NCBI GenBank assembly: GCA_964106645.2
Contig: OZ067038.1
Reading direction: 5' to 3' (one strand)
Source: Podarcis pityusensis
Taxonomy: Eukaryota
Length of the DNA: 64,000 bases
Shown here: positions 44,292-55,790 of the stretch, piece by piece
How positions within the stretch are numbered: position 1 is the first letter of the stretch
How the letters are laid out: every line of letters starts with the position of its first letter
Notes under the pieces: generated by a model
What the model saw: only the letters and a program-made list of their open reading frames with translations
Databases searched by the model: none
Told to the model about the DNA's origin: nothing
Position numbers and translations under genes: made by a program

Positions 44292-44532
44292 CAGTGGTAC
44301 CTCGGGTTACATACACTTCAGGTTACATACGCTTCAGGTTACAGACTCCACTAACCAGAAATATTACCTCAGGTTAAGAACTTTGCTTCAGGATGAGAAC
44401 AGAAATCATGCAGCGGCGGGACAGCAGCAGCAGGAGGCCCCATTAGCTAAAGTGGTGCTTCAGGTTAAGAACAGTTTCAGGTTAAGAACAGACCTCCAGA
44501 ACGAATTAAGTACTTAACCCGAGGTACCACTG
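44292..44532 (+). mobile_element. Tigger-like MITE, family A
   Basis: Intact TIRs, TA TSD. Confidence 0.88.
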
Positions 44533-45037
44533 TATAAGACTGCAATCAGGGAGAGCAATCCAAAATGGGGTTGCAGGGAGAACAGAATATGATGAATCGC
44601 CTTTCCTATGCCATATTGGGCTCATGCCAGTAGGGCAGAAAGGGTGGCGGCATTTCCCCCTTTTTTATTCTGTTCATCCCCCGCCCCCTTAAAGCAATTC
44701 CCTTCTCATTGGAATCTAAACTGTGCCAGCTACAGAGCTGGTATAAGTTGTCCCTAGTTCCAGGAGCATGTTGGGGGAGTGAGAGTTCTTCTGGCATGTC
44801 CTCAAAATGCCTCCTCTTCACATCCCTACTCTCCCCAATGTCTAAGATGCAACACCAAATAGGAACTGACTGCTGAACTTTCTGCATTCTCACAGAGGAG
44901 ACATGCTGTGTTTGATCTCCCTCTTTGGTGGGAGACATCTCTCTCCAGCCTCAGAGACACAGAGAGAACCAATGGATTCGCTGGCTTCTGGGATGCTCCC
45001 CCAGGAACCAGAGGACTGCAACATTAATGTTGAGATA

Positions 45038-45800
45038 CCGTATTTTGCGCTCCATAGGACGCTCCGGCCCATAGGACGCACCTAGTTTTTTGGGGGGGAA
45101 ATAAAGAAACCCCCCCCCCCCGGTGCGGGGCTGGAAGAACTAGGTCAGGGAACAGCGGGAAGGTGCGCTCTGCCTCCCCGCTGTCCCCGGAGCTTGTGGG
45201 GCTGGCGATGGGGAGAAGTGCGCTGATCCCGGGACTGCAGGCAGCTCTGCGCGGCCATCGGGAGCGGGGCGGGACTTCGCGCCCGGCTCCCGGTGGCCGC
45301 GCAGAGCTGCGCTGAGCCGGGGACGGCAGGCAGCTCTGCGCGGCCATCGGGAGCGGGGCGGGACTTCGCGCCCGGCTCCCGGTGGCCGCGCAGAGCTGCG
45401 CTGAGCCGGGGACGGCAGGCAGCTCTGCGCGGCCATCGGGAGCGGGGCGGGACTTCGCGCCCGGCTCCCGGTGGCCGCGCAGAGCTGCGCTGAGCCGGGG
45501 ACGGCAGGCAGCTCTGCGCGGCCATCGGGAGCGGGCTGGACTTTGCGCCCGGCTCCCGGTGGCCGCGCAGAGCTGCGCTGAGCCCGGGACTGCAGGCAGC
45601 TCCGCGCAACCCTCGGAGGCGGTCTCCCGAGGGTTGCGCAGAGCTTCCTGAAGCCTGGAGAGCGAGAGGGGTCAGTGCGCACCGACCCCTCTCGCTCTCC
45701 AGGCTTCAGCGAAAGCCTGCATTCGCCCCATAGGACGCACACACATTTCCCCTTCATTTTTGGAGGTGAAAAAGTGTGTCCTATAGGGCGAAAAATACGG
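45038..45800. mobile_element. Tc1/mariner (Tc2/pogo-like) non-autonomous element with internal GC minisatellite
   Basis: TA|CCGTATTTTGCGCTCCATAGGACGC...GTCCTATAGGGCGAAAAATACGG|TA imperfect TIRs, TA TSD. Confidence 0.82.
45240..45600. repeat. 89-bp GC-rich tandem repeat, about 4 units, each a hairpin
   Basis: Units start at about 45240, 45329, 45418 and 45507. Confidence 0.9.
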
Positions 45801-46101
45801 TAGATGACACTAAACCTGAGCACTATGAGAAATTCTGTAAATTCTTAAAATAATTCTCCTTATCACATTCTTTCACAAAGAGCCTAGATAGTCCAGTTCT
45901 ATGCCAGTTCTCCAGAGCTTCCCAGACATCTCCTGCCTACCCCCATTATCATGCCTAGCAAAAGGGCAACTGAAGAGAAAGGGGGAAACTCTGAAGCATC
46001 AATACCACAGGCCTCGATGACAAAACCAATTTGCATGAGAGGTAGGGCTGGAGAAGAAAAAATATATTAAAAGGATGTATTTAAATATCAAGTTAACTAA
46101 C

Positions 46102-46286
46102 CAGAAGCCAGCTTTGAAGAAAAGTCACAGCAGGTGACTCCAAGATCATGAGCTTTCTCATTATACAAGCACTTCATTGTCTCATCCCAAACAGTTAAAT
46201 CTCCACATGATGATCCAGTCACAAAGAAACTTGCATCAGGAGCAAATGCACAGGCTACCAAAGAGCCATCTTTAACACTGCCAGAT
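46102..46286 (-). CDS. WDSUB1: WDSUB1 coding exon, WD40 ([12 protein letters not shown]...SSKLAS)
   Basis: tttcag|A acceptor, CTG|gttagt donor. Confidence 0.93.
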
Positions 46287-47575
46287 CTGAAAGACAAGAA
46301 TAAAGGATCATGAACTTTGGAAGTGCAAATCACATAAAATATTACAAGCCTGATAAAGTAAGATAAGCATGAATTAAACCAATTCTGAAAAGGAGAATAT
46401 AAACAATGTAATGCAAAGCAATTTTGCTGGCACCTCATACACCTACAAATATACTACAAAGGCACAGATAAATCATCTAACTACAAAATATCAAGACCTG
46501 CCTGTTGTCTATTTACTTGCAGCAGGGTATGGCTGTGTTTAGCTGCAACATTAAACTATGATTTAGTATTACAAGAATGAGCTTCACTTAGCCTTGAGCT
46601 TGCTTCACCTTTCTTCTCTCCTTCTCAGGTACAGCTGGAAGGACTTTGGAAGCTTCAACTTCATTTTTAAATCAACCAATTTAGCATGTTGTCTGTTCCC
46701 TAGACTGTTTAATCCTGGCTACAGCTAAATGAGACAAGCCAACTTTATAAACTATGGTTTGAAATTGTCCTCTTTCAAGAAATCATACCTAAGACTAACT
46801 AAGGAGTCAGGTAACATAGCAAGTTGTGGTTAATCTAAACAAAAGGGAAAACTTCCTAATTCTTATTTGGACGTGCATCAGAAGAGAAGGAGGAAGCATG
46901 CAAGTGTGAGGCTTACTGTGGTTTGTTCTCATAATGCTGAACCAAGGTTTATCATTATATCTAAACAAGACCACTGAATCACATGAGCTATACAAGAAAG
47001 CTGATCAATCTAATATATTAATTGCGTAATAAAAACAGATTCAAGCTAAATGCCAACTACATAAATGCATTATTCCAAAATGCAGAATTTCTAGCAATTT
47101 ATATTTTAATGGGACCCATAAGCACCAGAAGGTACTGAGACTTGTGGATTTAGAAACAAATTACAAGACAGTATAGCATGAAAACAGCTGAGGGGAAGAC
47201 CAAGGAATCCGAGATGGTTTTTGAATCTATATAGAACTTACACCTAACATATTAATAATAACTACATCAAACTGGTACTAAAAATTAGAAAAACTTTCCC
47301 AAGTTCTGGCTCTGCTAGCCCTCACAAAAAACCTGTTGCTCTGTGAATTTCAGTGTCTCATCAATAAACACAATGGGATGCTTATTGTACTTGTTCCAGT
47401 AGCGGATATCTAAATTGCTATTTAAGGAAAGTAAGTTATCACCATTTTTATTAACAGAAATTATACTGACTTCATCTTTACTACTGTAGAATACAGTCTA
47501 ACAGCTTCCTCCAAAGACAGAAAGGAAACTAAAAGTACTTTAAAAATGTAAAATTTGTGTGATGTCTGTCAAGTT

Positions 47576-47712
47576 CAGAGGTGACTCAACTCTGACCCTC
47601 CAGATGTTGTTGGACTACAGTGTGCATCATCCCTAACTATTGCCTAAGTTGGCTGTGGCTGAAAAGAGTTGTAGTCCAGCAACATCTGGAAGGCCACAGG
47701 TTAGCTACTCCT
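47576..47712. mobile_element. Old palindromic MITE, family B
   Basis: CTCCAGATGTTGTTGGACTACA...TGTAGTCCAGCAACATCTGGA; ends approximate. Confidence 0.65.
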
Positions 47713-47742
47713 TTTCTAGTTACTGGGGCCTGAAGTACTCAC

Positions 47743-48140
47743 CGGTATACTTTAAAAGACTGAACATTCCAAAGATTTACACTTCCATCAGCAGCTCCTG
47801 AAACCAAGTACGTGGAATTAGGGGAAAATCGACAAATTCTTACAGGATGCCTACAGGGGTGCTCCAGCACTGCCAGTTTCAGTCCATTTTGAGTTTCCCA
47901 CAGAACTGTGTTGCCATCCGTAGAACATGAAGCTAAAAGGTTTCCCAAAGGAGAGAAGCAGCAGCAGTGAACAGCATATGTGTGGCCTCTTAGTGGTGAG
48001 TAAGGAAGTTCATCAAAACTGCTTAAAGAATACAGACGGATAGATTTATCCAGGGAACATGTAGCCAAGTAAGAAGAAGAGAAGGCACAGTAGTTGACAT
48101 CATCACTATGATTTGTCAAGGTGCAAATTAACTTCACCAT
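47743..48140 (-). CDS. WDSUB1: WDSUB1 first coding exon ([21 protein letters not shown]...FKVYR); exon starts at 48158
   Basis: tttcag acceptor at 48159, ATG at 48140-48138, CCG|gtgagt donor. Confidence 0.95.
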
Positions 48141-48668
48141 TTGGTCATATAAAGTGACCTGAAATAAAGAAGAAAAAGTTATAAGCATTCATAAATGTCT
48201 AGATTATGTTCCCTTTTATTATCAGACATTATGATTATAAGGTAAATATTTATCTTTACCACAAAAAATTCAAAAAGATGAAGATACAAATCACGTTAAA
48301 AATTGTATTTTACAGCCCAAGGAATCTTGAACATGTGACTCCAAAAGGTGCACAGCATAAATCGTATTTCCTAAATGTAGACACTGTCACCAATGCAGAA
48401 TATTTATTTGCAAAGACACCCATGTTCTTGGGACTGCAGCGCAGAAAAGAAACTCACTCCTGCCCTATCCATGGGCCGCTGATACCACCTGCCTCCAAGG
48501 AGGAACACCACAGCAAAAGGAAGACCAGCTGGGTCCCATTTATCAAGCAGAGAAGGAGCAGCTGATAGCAATTTACTTTCTCCTCCAGGAAAAAAACATT
48601 CAGCTCCAACTTCCAGTTGCCATGAGATTACAGAACAGAAGGAAAGCACACTTTGGATCTATCTAAGG

Positions 48669-48805
48669 CAGTGTTTCCCAAACTTGGGTCTCCAGCTTTT
48701 TTGGACTACAACCCCCATCATCCCTAGCTAGCAGTACCAGTGATCAGGGATGATGGGAATTGAACTTTAAAAAAACAGCTGGAGACCCAAGTTTGGGAAA
48801 CACTG
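48669..48805. mobile_element. Palindromic hAT (Charlie-like) MITE, family B
   Basis: TIR CAGTGTTTCCCAAACTTGGGTCTCCAGCT, perfect TSD ATCTAAGG. Confidence 0.88.
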
Positions 48806-50310
48806 ATCTAAGGGCTGCTGGGTTATGCATTTGTACTACCTGCCTAGATCAGATCGTATTGCTGAGAGTATGAAATTTCAAGAGCTGGTAACTGAATTTG
48901 CTTGCCTTCCTTCTCATTCATTTTGTATCATGTATAGAGATAGCAGAAAATTCCACTCTAAGCAGACAAAGGAGCAGAAATTGCAGCCGTCTGCATGTTT
49001 GTGGTCAGGAACACATATTAGGCATGTGAATATGATCAGTATTGACTATTTTTTAGCCTGGAAATGATACATAATTAACGACTGTGTCCACCCCTCCCCC
49101 CATTTTCTGTAATTTTGTCTCCATCAAAATAAATTGCCTTTACACTGAAACAGTGTGGAATTATGTAATTAAAGACTTCATTAAGGACATGTTTATTTAC
49201 ATTAAATTCAACCATAACAGACAGTAACATGAATAATATAGTTTTTGGCAGAAGCTGAACTGTTCTTCCTCAAGCCAATTTCTCATTCTGAGTGAGATGT
49301 GCCATGATTAAATGCTGCAGCCACACCAAAATCCTTCCACATAAAAACCTAGACTCAAAGGAAAAGGATTCTTGCCTACCCAGCCTTCTTCCTCACATAC
49401 TAGTCCCCCCCGCCCCCTTTTTTGTATGAAAGAGTGTTTAATCAGGTGAGTCCCTCCCACTTACATTCCTAAATGGTACTGTCTAAAAATAACTAAGTCT
49501 TCTCTCAGTTCTGTATTTGTAGAAGTGGGAATAATATTGAGCCACCTTACAGGAATGCTGCAAGTAGAATTGAAGTTATGGCTGTACACAATTCTACAAT
49601 TTTTATTTTAAAAGAGTCTAAAATAATGAACAGTAGCACAAAAAGAACAGCTTTAATCTTCAATACCTGTGACAATAAATGGAATCCTCTAAGCAGCTGG
49701 AGTACACACACTTCTTAAATAATTCTTAAATATTTGCTTGGATTCTTCTAGTATGTTGTTAAAATTTAGTCACAGAAGCCTTGCTGGAATAATAAAAATA
49801 GCATAAATATTCAAAACAAATTATGGCTCATGTACGTTACCCAGTTGTACATATACTCAGCATGAGTTCCACACGTCTTGTATGTCTGATGAAACTGTAC
49901 AGTCATTTATCAACAATTATTTACCAAACTCTGATGAGTACTTATCAGACCACCTGATCATGAATACTGACTGTGTTTCAGCTATGATCCATATAGAATC
50001 ATTTACATCTATCTACCATTTAAAGAACTTTACCTGTGACTAAAGTTGTTTTTTAAGCCCAGTCCTATGAATGTTGACAAAGTAAGTCTTGAAGCTAAGA
50101 AAACTTGCTAGCCTAGGAGGTAAATCAAATGGAACTCTGAGAACTTAACTGTTGTGTAAACATACTTAGGATTGCACTGCATGGCACCTAAGCCTCCCTC
50201 CTCCTCCGTTATGTTACAGGAGCCATGTGCTTTGAAATTACAATTACAAAACAGAAAACCATTTCTGTAACTGTAAGGAATATATGATAAGACTCTGAAA
50301 CACATTAAAG

Positions 50311-50429
50311 TAAGGTTACCAGTAAGATTTTTTTCAATGAATTCGGGGACACTCTTCAACTTCAGTAGGGATGATAGGATTTTGTCAGGGACTGATTTGT
50401 AAATCCAGGGACTGTCCCGGGTAACCTTA
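50311..50429. mobile_element. hAT (Blackjack-like) MITE
   Basis: TIR TAAGGTTACC/GGTAACCTTA, perfect TSD CATTAAAG. Confidence 0.82.
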
Positions 50430-50889
50430 CATTAAAGGTAACTTTGTAAGATTATCTCCATATACAACGGAGAGAAAAAGACAAAAAGATAGTACTGAGT
50501 TCCATATATTGTGCATATGATAGTTTGTATGGATGGATGCAAATTTAGAAATAAATTACAATTCAAGCAGAAATACACATCCCACCACAGTGGGGGAAGA
50601 CTGACTGCTCCCCCTCAACCTGCTGATGGGCAACTTTACAGCCAAATCCTAACCCTATCTACTCAGAAGGAAATCCTACTGAATTTCCGTGGGAATAAGT
50701 GGGGCCAGGACTGCAGCCTATGATTTCCACTTGTCACAATCTCAAGCGACAAAACTTTGTGCCGGTTGTGGTAAAGCTTCACTAGTGTCCTCATTTCAGG
50801 ATTATGCGGGGTTTTTTTCATTCTACATTTTGAGCTCCTTAACAAGCGTGCTTTATGCGAACTGGCTATTTGTTCTCACCAACCTTGAG

Positions 50890-51900
50890 CACCTGTGACG
50901 CGCGCTGATAATCAACTTCTTTATATTCAGTATCATGTATCAGTCAGCGGCGTGACCCCAATAGAAACATTACCGCGCACCCCCCCCCCAAAAAAACCCC
51001 CACACCTGGAGCCTGACTGGCCAGGCTTTGAGAGGGCTCAAAACAGCCATCCGTTTGAGAGGAGCCCCCTCCCCGCTCCCCGAGACTCTGAGGCGCAAAC
51101 CTCCGTCTCCCCCTCTCCCAGGCGGTGGGGGGCGTAGAAGACGAGAGTGAAGCGACGCCTGCCCAACGCCCCCTAACTGCTCCGAGGGGAATCAAAGAGG
51201 CGACGCCTGCGCAAACGACGTCAGGCTTCTCCCCCCCCCCCACACACACCTCACGCTGCTTCCCGTCATTACGCCGCGCGCGCAGCCGCCCACCCGCCCG
51301 CCTTTTCAAACTTGAGCGTTCGGTGGCGGCGGTTGGAGGTTGCTCCGCTCCCTTCTCCCGCCCGCTCTCCCATTTTCCTTACCTCTTGTCTTGCGGCTGC
51401 GCCGAGGGCTCCGCGTCTTCTTCTTGCAACCTGCCCGAGCTTGTAGCTGACGGAGCACAACAACAACACTGTGGCCCCGCGAAGGTCACGTGCGCGCGCG
51501 ACGTAGGGGGAATTCCACGCCCCCGCCGCCTCCGTGTCTGGAACGCCGGCTCACCTGCGGCCTCCTGACACGCCTCCAACTGGAAGGCGGAAACTGAGGA
51601 TGGAGGGGGGGGGGAGAGTTGGCGAGCGCGGTGATGTCACCGCTGCCTCCTTTTCAATGCGGCCAAGGAGGGCGTTGGTGGAATAGCATTCCCCCCCCTC
51701 CCCCAGGCTGTCGCCTTCCTTGCTCTCTCCGGCCCCCACCTCGCCATTTCACGCCTGCTGCTGGGGGTCCCGGGATGTGGAGAGAAGGATGCAAGGTCTC
51801 CCAGTCTAACGCACAGGCCAAATACTGCATTCCTTGTCAACTTCCTGCCCAATTAGCGCGCAGTCTGACGGAGGTTTGTCATCTCCGGATAATATAGGAC
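50890..51900 (-). promoter_or_regulatory. CpG-island promoter and non-coding first exon(s) of WDSUB1
   Basis: Non-repetitive CpG-rich block 3 kb upstream of the first coding exon; minus-strand donors GAG|gtaagg (51383) and CAG|gtgagc (51555); GTCACGTG E-box 51485-51492, GGCGGAA ETS-like and TGACG motifs. Confidence 0.75.
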
Positions 51901-52374
51901 AATATTTTTCACATGATAACATGGCCATGTTGTTTTCCATATGCGTACATAGGGAAGGGAGCAATCACGTTTGATCTGACTACAGGTGTGATAGAAAACC
52001 ATGCATTGCATCATGCAGCTTGCTAGTTGCTATCATACCGCTATACTCGATTTTCTATATACCTCTCAAGCCTTTTATCCAGCTTGCCCAGCGTCTTGCA
52101 ATTGTGGCGCAATTGGCTTCCGACAAGCACACAGAGCGCGAACAAGACTGAGTGTATGGGGGGGGGGCTCGTTTAATTTCACTGCACACAGGTGGTGTAG
52201 TGACAATAAAGGTTTATTATTATTATTATTGCTGTTCTGAGTACAGAATAATAAGCAAACCAAAGTCACCGTCGGAGGTGATAATATGTGTTTTTGTTAG
52301 ATGGGTTGCTCTTTTGGCTTGGCATAATTGTTACACATCTGTAAAAAAGAAATGGCTGGTTAGGATCTGATTAG

Positions 52375-52650
52375 ATTAAGAACAGGAGAAGAGCCTTAGC
52401 ATCTCAATTTCCCACAGTGGTGGAACAGATGTTTAGAGAAGGCTCCCAAGCAGGAAGAAGAGCAATGGCACTATCACACTAAAGTTCCCCAAACTGGTAC
52501 CGAGATATGATCCTGGAGAATAGTACATAGTGATTATGACTAGTAGCAATTGCCTCATGTCCATGAATTTTTCTAATCCTCTTTTTAAAACCATGTAAGT
52601 TGGCATTTAACTGTGCTGTGAAGTAGTGTTTCCTTTTGTCTGTCCTTGTT
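52375..52650 (-). mobile_element. Decayed CR1-like LINE 3' fragment
   Basis: TCCATGAATTTTTCTAATCCTCTTTTTAAAACC and AAGTAGTGTTTCCTTTTGTCTGTCC; reverse-complement similar to 55480-55790. Confidence 0.5.
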
Positions 52651-53247
52651 CCCCCCCCCACCATTTGTAATATACCAGTCATAAAGTTATTCATACACAG
52701 CTGTTTTCCACCCCAATCCCCCCAAGAAGCACCAAAAATTTAATTACATTTAACTTTTAAATCATTTAAAGTTTTTAAACCAAGGTATCATTCCAGAGAT
52801 TGCCACGGGACCTCAGAGGCCTATAACCACGTTCTGTCAGTGTTACACTTGTAATGAAACCATGCCATGTTGATTAAAAAATAAGTGATTTTCTTGCCTG
52901 TTCAACTCTAGTACATGGGTTCTAAGTTTGTCCATTAAGTCCCAGAGTTGTAAGATCCAGATCCCAAACAAGTCTGCATTTAGAGTCTTCCGATACCTTG
53001 CAATAGTAAGCTGTGCAGACTTCATGAGCTGCAAGTACAAGTTTTGTTCCCTCAATGTATGTAAACAACTACAATAAGCAGTTGCCGGGGTGCCTGTGGT
53101 GTCACTTTCAGGCACTTAGGGAAAACATTCTGTTTTCCAGGTGGGCAGAGTGCCATGTAAGTGATACATTTCAAAACAACTTCCAGAGGAACAGGTTTAT
53201 TATATTTTTGCAGAAAAACAACCAAAAGTCTTGTAGCTCCTTCAATA

Positions 53248-53468
53248 CAGTGGTACCTCGGGTTACATACGCTTCAAGTTACAGACTCCACTAACCCAGA
53301 AATAATACCTTGGGTTAAGAAACTTTGTTTCAGGATAAGAACAGAACAGAAATCGCATGGCAGCAGCGGGAGGCCCCATTAGCTAGAGTGGTGCTTCAGG
53401 TTAAGAACAGTTTCAGGATAAGAACGGACCTCCGGAACAAATTAAGTACTTAACCCGAGGTACCACTG
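53248..53468 (+). mobile_element. Tigger-like MITE, family A
   Basis: Intact TIRs, TA TSD. Confidence 0.88.
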
Positions 53469-53959
53469 TATTTAATATTTATTATGGCATGAGCTTATGT
53501 GGACCAAAGCCCAATATTAATTTCGTAAACTGATAAGGCTGCTTTAAAATGTATTACGGTACTTTCACTGACCTCCACACAGATGCAAACATGATACTCT
53601 ACAATATACCCTCTGTATCAGGTCAGTTTGACTACTAGTGCTTCCTTCTTTCTTTTCAGCTGTTTTATTTATCTGGGCTCTGCTGATGCAGTAGAATAAA
53701 TATATCATCTTTATGGCAATATAAATGTATTTTATATCACAGCAACGTTGTTTTCGATACATTTCTAAAGTTCTTTATATTCACTAATAATAAATTATTA
53801 TTATGCTTGACAGTGGTGTAAATATCAGTTGATTAAGTATGATGGTTTTGCCAAGTTAACATTTATTCAGTATTGCTCATACTGAGTGACAGAATGTCAT
53901 GGGAATTTGTGGTTCAAGCCTTTTCACTAGTTTTCTTTGTAAGTTCTCCAATGTGGGTT

Positions 53960-54530
53960 GTTGGGTCCCATGTCCTAGACACTGGCCAATTCTGACTGGG
54001 GTTGCACTCACTCTGAAAGTATAGGTTCAGGGTCTGAGGTTTCTCTTGGATCCATCTTTGTTCTTGGAAGTTCAGATAGCCTCAATGTCCCTTTTACCAG
54101 CTACAGCTGGTATGCCACCTATAGCCATTCTTGGGCAGGAATGGTCTTGATTACTACAATGCACTCTTTGTGGGGCTATCCTTGGGTGGGTCCAGCTGGT
54201 ACAAAACACTGCAGCTAGACTGTTGATGGGGATAGACTATAGCATAATGCCAGCACATATCTCCAGTGCTCAATAGCTTGCCCATATGCTACTGAACCAG
54301 GTCCAAGATTCCTGTATTAATTTACAAGGCCCTCCTGCATACCCTGGGGACTATCTGATCCCTTGTATCCCTCAATCACTGAGATTTTCAGGGAAGTCGC
54401 TTTTAGTCACTGTGGTTAGTCACCACATCCATGAAATGTGGGTCTAATTTTGTGGAATTCCCTTCCAGCTGAGGTTAGACAGGCCCCACTCTGTTGAACT
54501 TTTCGCATTTACTTTTATAACCTATTAGGC
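53960..54530 (+). mobile_element. Decayed L2 LINE 3' fragment
   Basis: GATTACTACAATGCACTCTTTGTGGGG...CAGCTGGTACAAAACACTGCAGCTAGACTG, homologous to the 31.5-31.9 kb copy. Confidence 0.65.
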
Positions 54531-55007
54531 TTTTCAGTTGAATTCTGATTGAAAAGTATTAACTTATTGTTAGTTTTACTATATTGGGTCTTCAGTACAC
54601 CACTTAGACACACCAAAATGTTGAGATAAATATATATATAGATTTCAGATTTCAATAAAAACTTAACATCGTATCTCTTTCCTTCACTCAGGCAGGGACA
54701 GTTTAGTTATAAGTAAAGGAAACTTCAAGGGGGGAGGGGAGGAAAATGAAAGGAATTTTAATTTTAAAGTTACTTTTAAAATGAGGATTTAGGTGGGTAA
54801 AAAAATGGGTAGTTGAATCAAGATGGTTCTCCCCAGTTTGACAAAGAAGCTAAAGAAGCAGAGATAAAATACACAGGTAACAAAAGAAATGAACTCGTTT
54901 CTATGCAAAATGAAAAGAAATGAGTGATGCATTCAATTGTTTTAAAATTCACAATAGGGAGTAGATAAAGTCTGAATCCTACTCATGCATCTGAGTTCAG
55001 TGGCATT

Positions 55008-55058
55008 TACTACTACTACTACTACTACTAATTATTATTATTATTATTATTATTATTA
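55008..55058. repeat. Compound (TAC)n(TAT)n microsatellite
   Basis: Direct reading; probably a retroelement tail. Confidence 0.9.
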
Positions 55059-55479
55059 TACCTCACCTTTCTCCCTAACAGGGATTCAAAGCAGCTTACA
55101 GATAAAGAAATAAGAACAGCTGTAGAAAAAGTAATAATTAAAAACAATTGTGAAAGCATTAGAACTATATATAGTAAGAATTGCAATCTTAGTACATATT
55201 GACTGCCTTTGGTAACATATGCTTCAGAAACAAGAAATAGGAAAAGGCATCTGTACACATTTGTGAATATATAAATGATGTATATTGCAAAGTGATGCAC
55301 TTATCTATTTAAGTTTAATGTGTGCAATGTTTAAAAAAGTCAGAGAACAAGGTGAATTGTTTTCACAGCAAGAGCTTATGCTGCAGTATGGGTAGACGGC
55401 ATGAAATCCACTTGATAGTCTTTTTTGTTTTTTGTACAGTTTCCTATAAATACTAGAACTTGGGACAATCAAATGAAGC

Positions 55480-55790
55480 TGAATATAGGAAGATTTGGGA
55501 CACACAAAAGTCCTTCTTCACAGTGCATAAGCTATGGAATTTTCTCCCACAAGTGATGGCCACCAACTTTAGAAGATTAGAGAAATTCATGCAGGGAAAG
55601 GTTCTCAGTGGCTACTAGTCAGAAGGATGGCTATATTCTTTTTCCACTGGTAGAAGAGTATGCTTCTGAATACTTGTTGGAATCACAAGTTGCAGCCAGG
55701 TTCTGCTTGCAGGCTTCTCATAAACATCTGTATAGGATGCTGGACTAGGCAGGCTTTTGGCAGAACCAGCAGTTTCTCTTCTTTTCTTAT
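55480..55790 (+). mobile_element. Decayed CR1-like LINE 3' fragment
   Basis: GATTAGAGAAATTCATG...GGATGCTGGACTAG...TTCTTATG. Confidence 0.5.

Larger units (their letters stand above)
22665..51555 (-). other. WDSUB1: WDSUB1 gene (WD repeat, SAM and U-box domain protein 1), complete CDS 1452 nt / 483 aa in 10 coding exons
   Basis: Exon lengths 398+185+93+94+34+41+107+180+141+179 join in frame; WD40 repeats, SAM ([10 protein letters not shown]...NNIDGKELL) and U-box ([10 protein letters not shown]...SPMTN). Confidence 0.95.

Noticed and set aside
45024-45823. Repetitive ORFs up to 227 aa and a CRISPR-like repeat appearance
   Set aside because: Translations of the 89-bp tandem repeat. Spacers are identical rather than unique, there are no cas genes, and the context is a eukaryotic intron.
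50895-51897. ORFs of 60-147 aa in the CpG island
   Set aside because: Expected in a GC-rich promoter; low complexity and no homology recognised.
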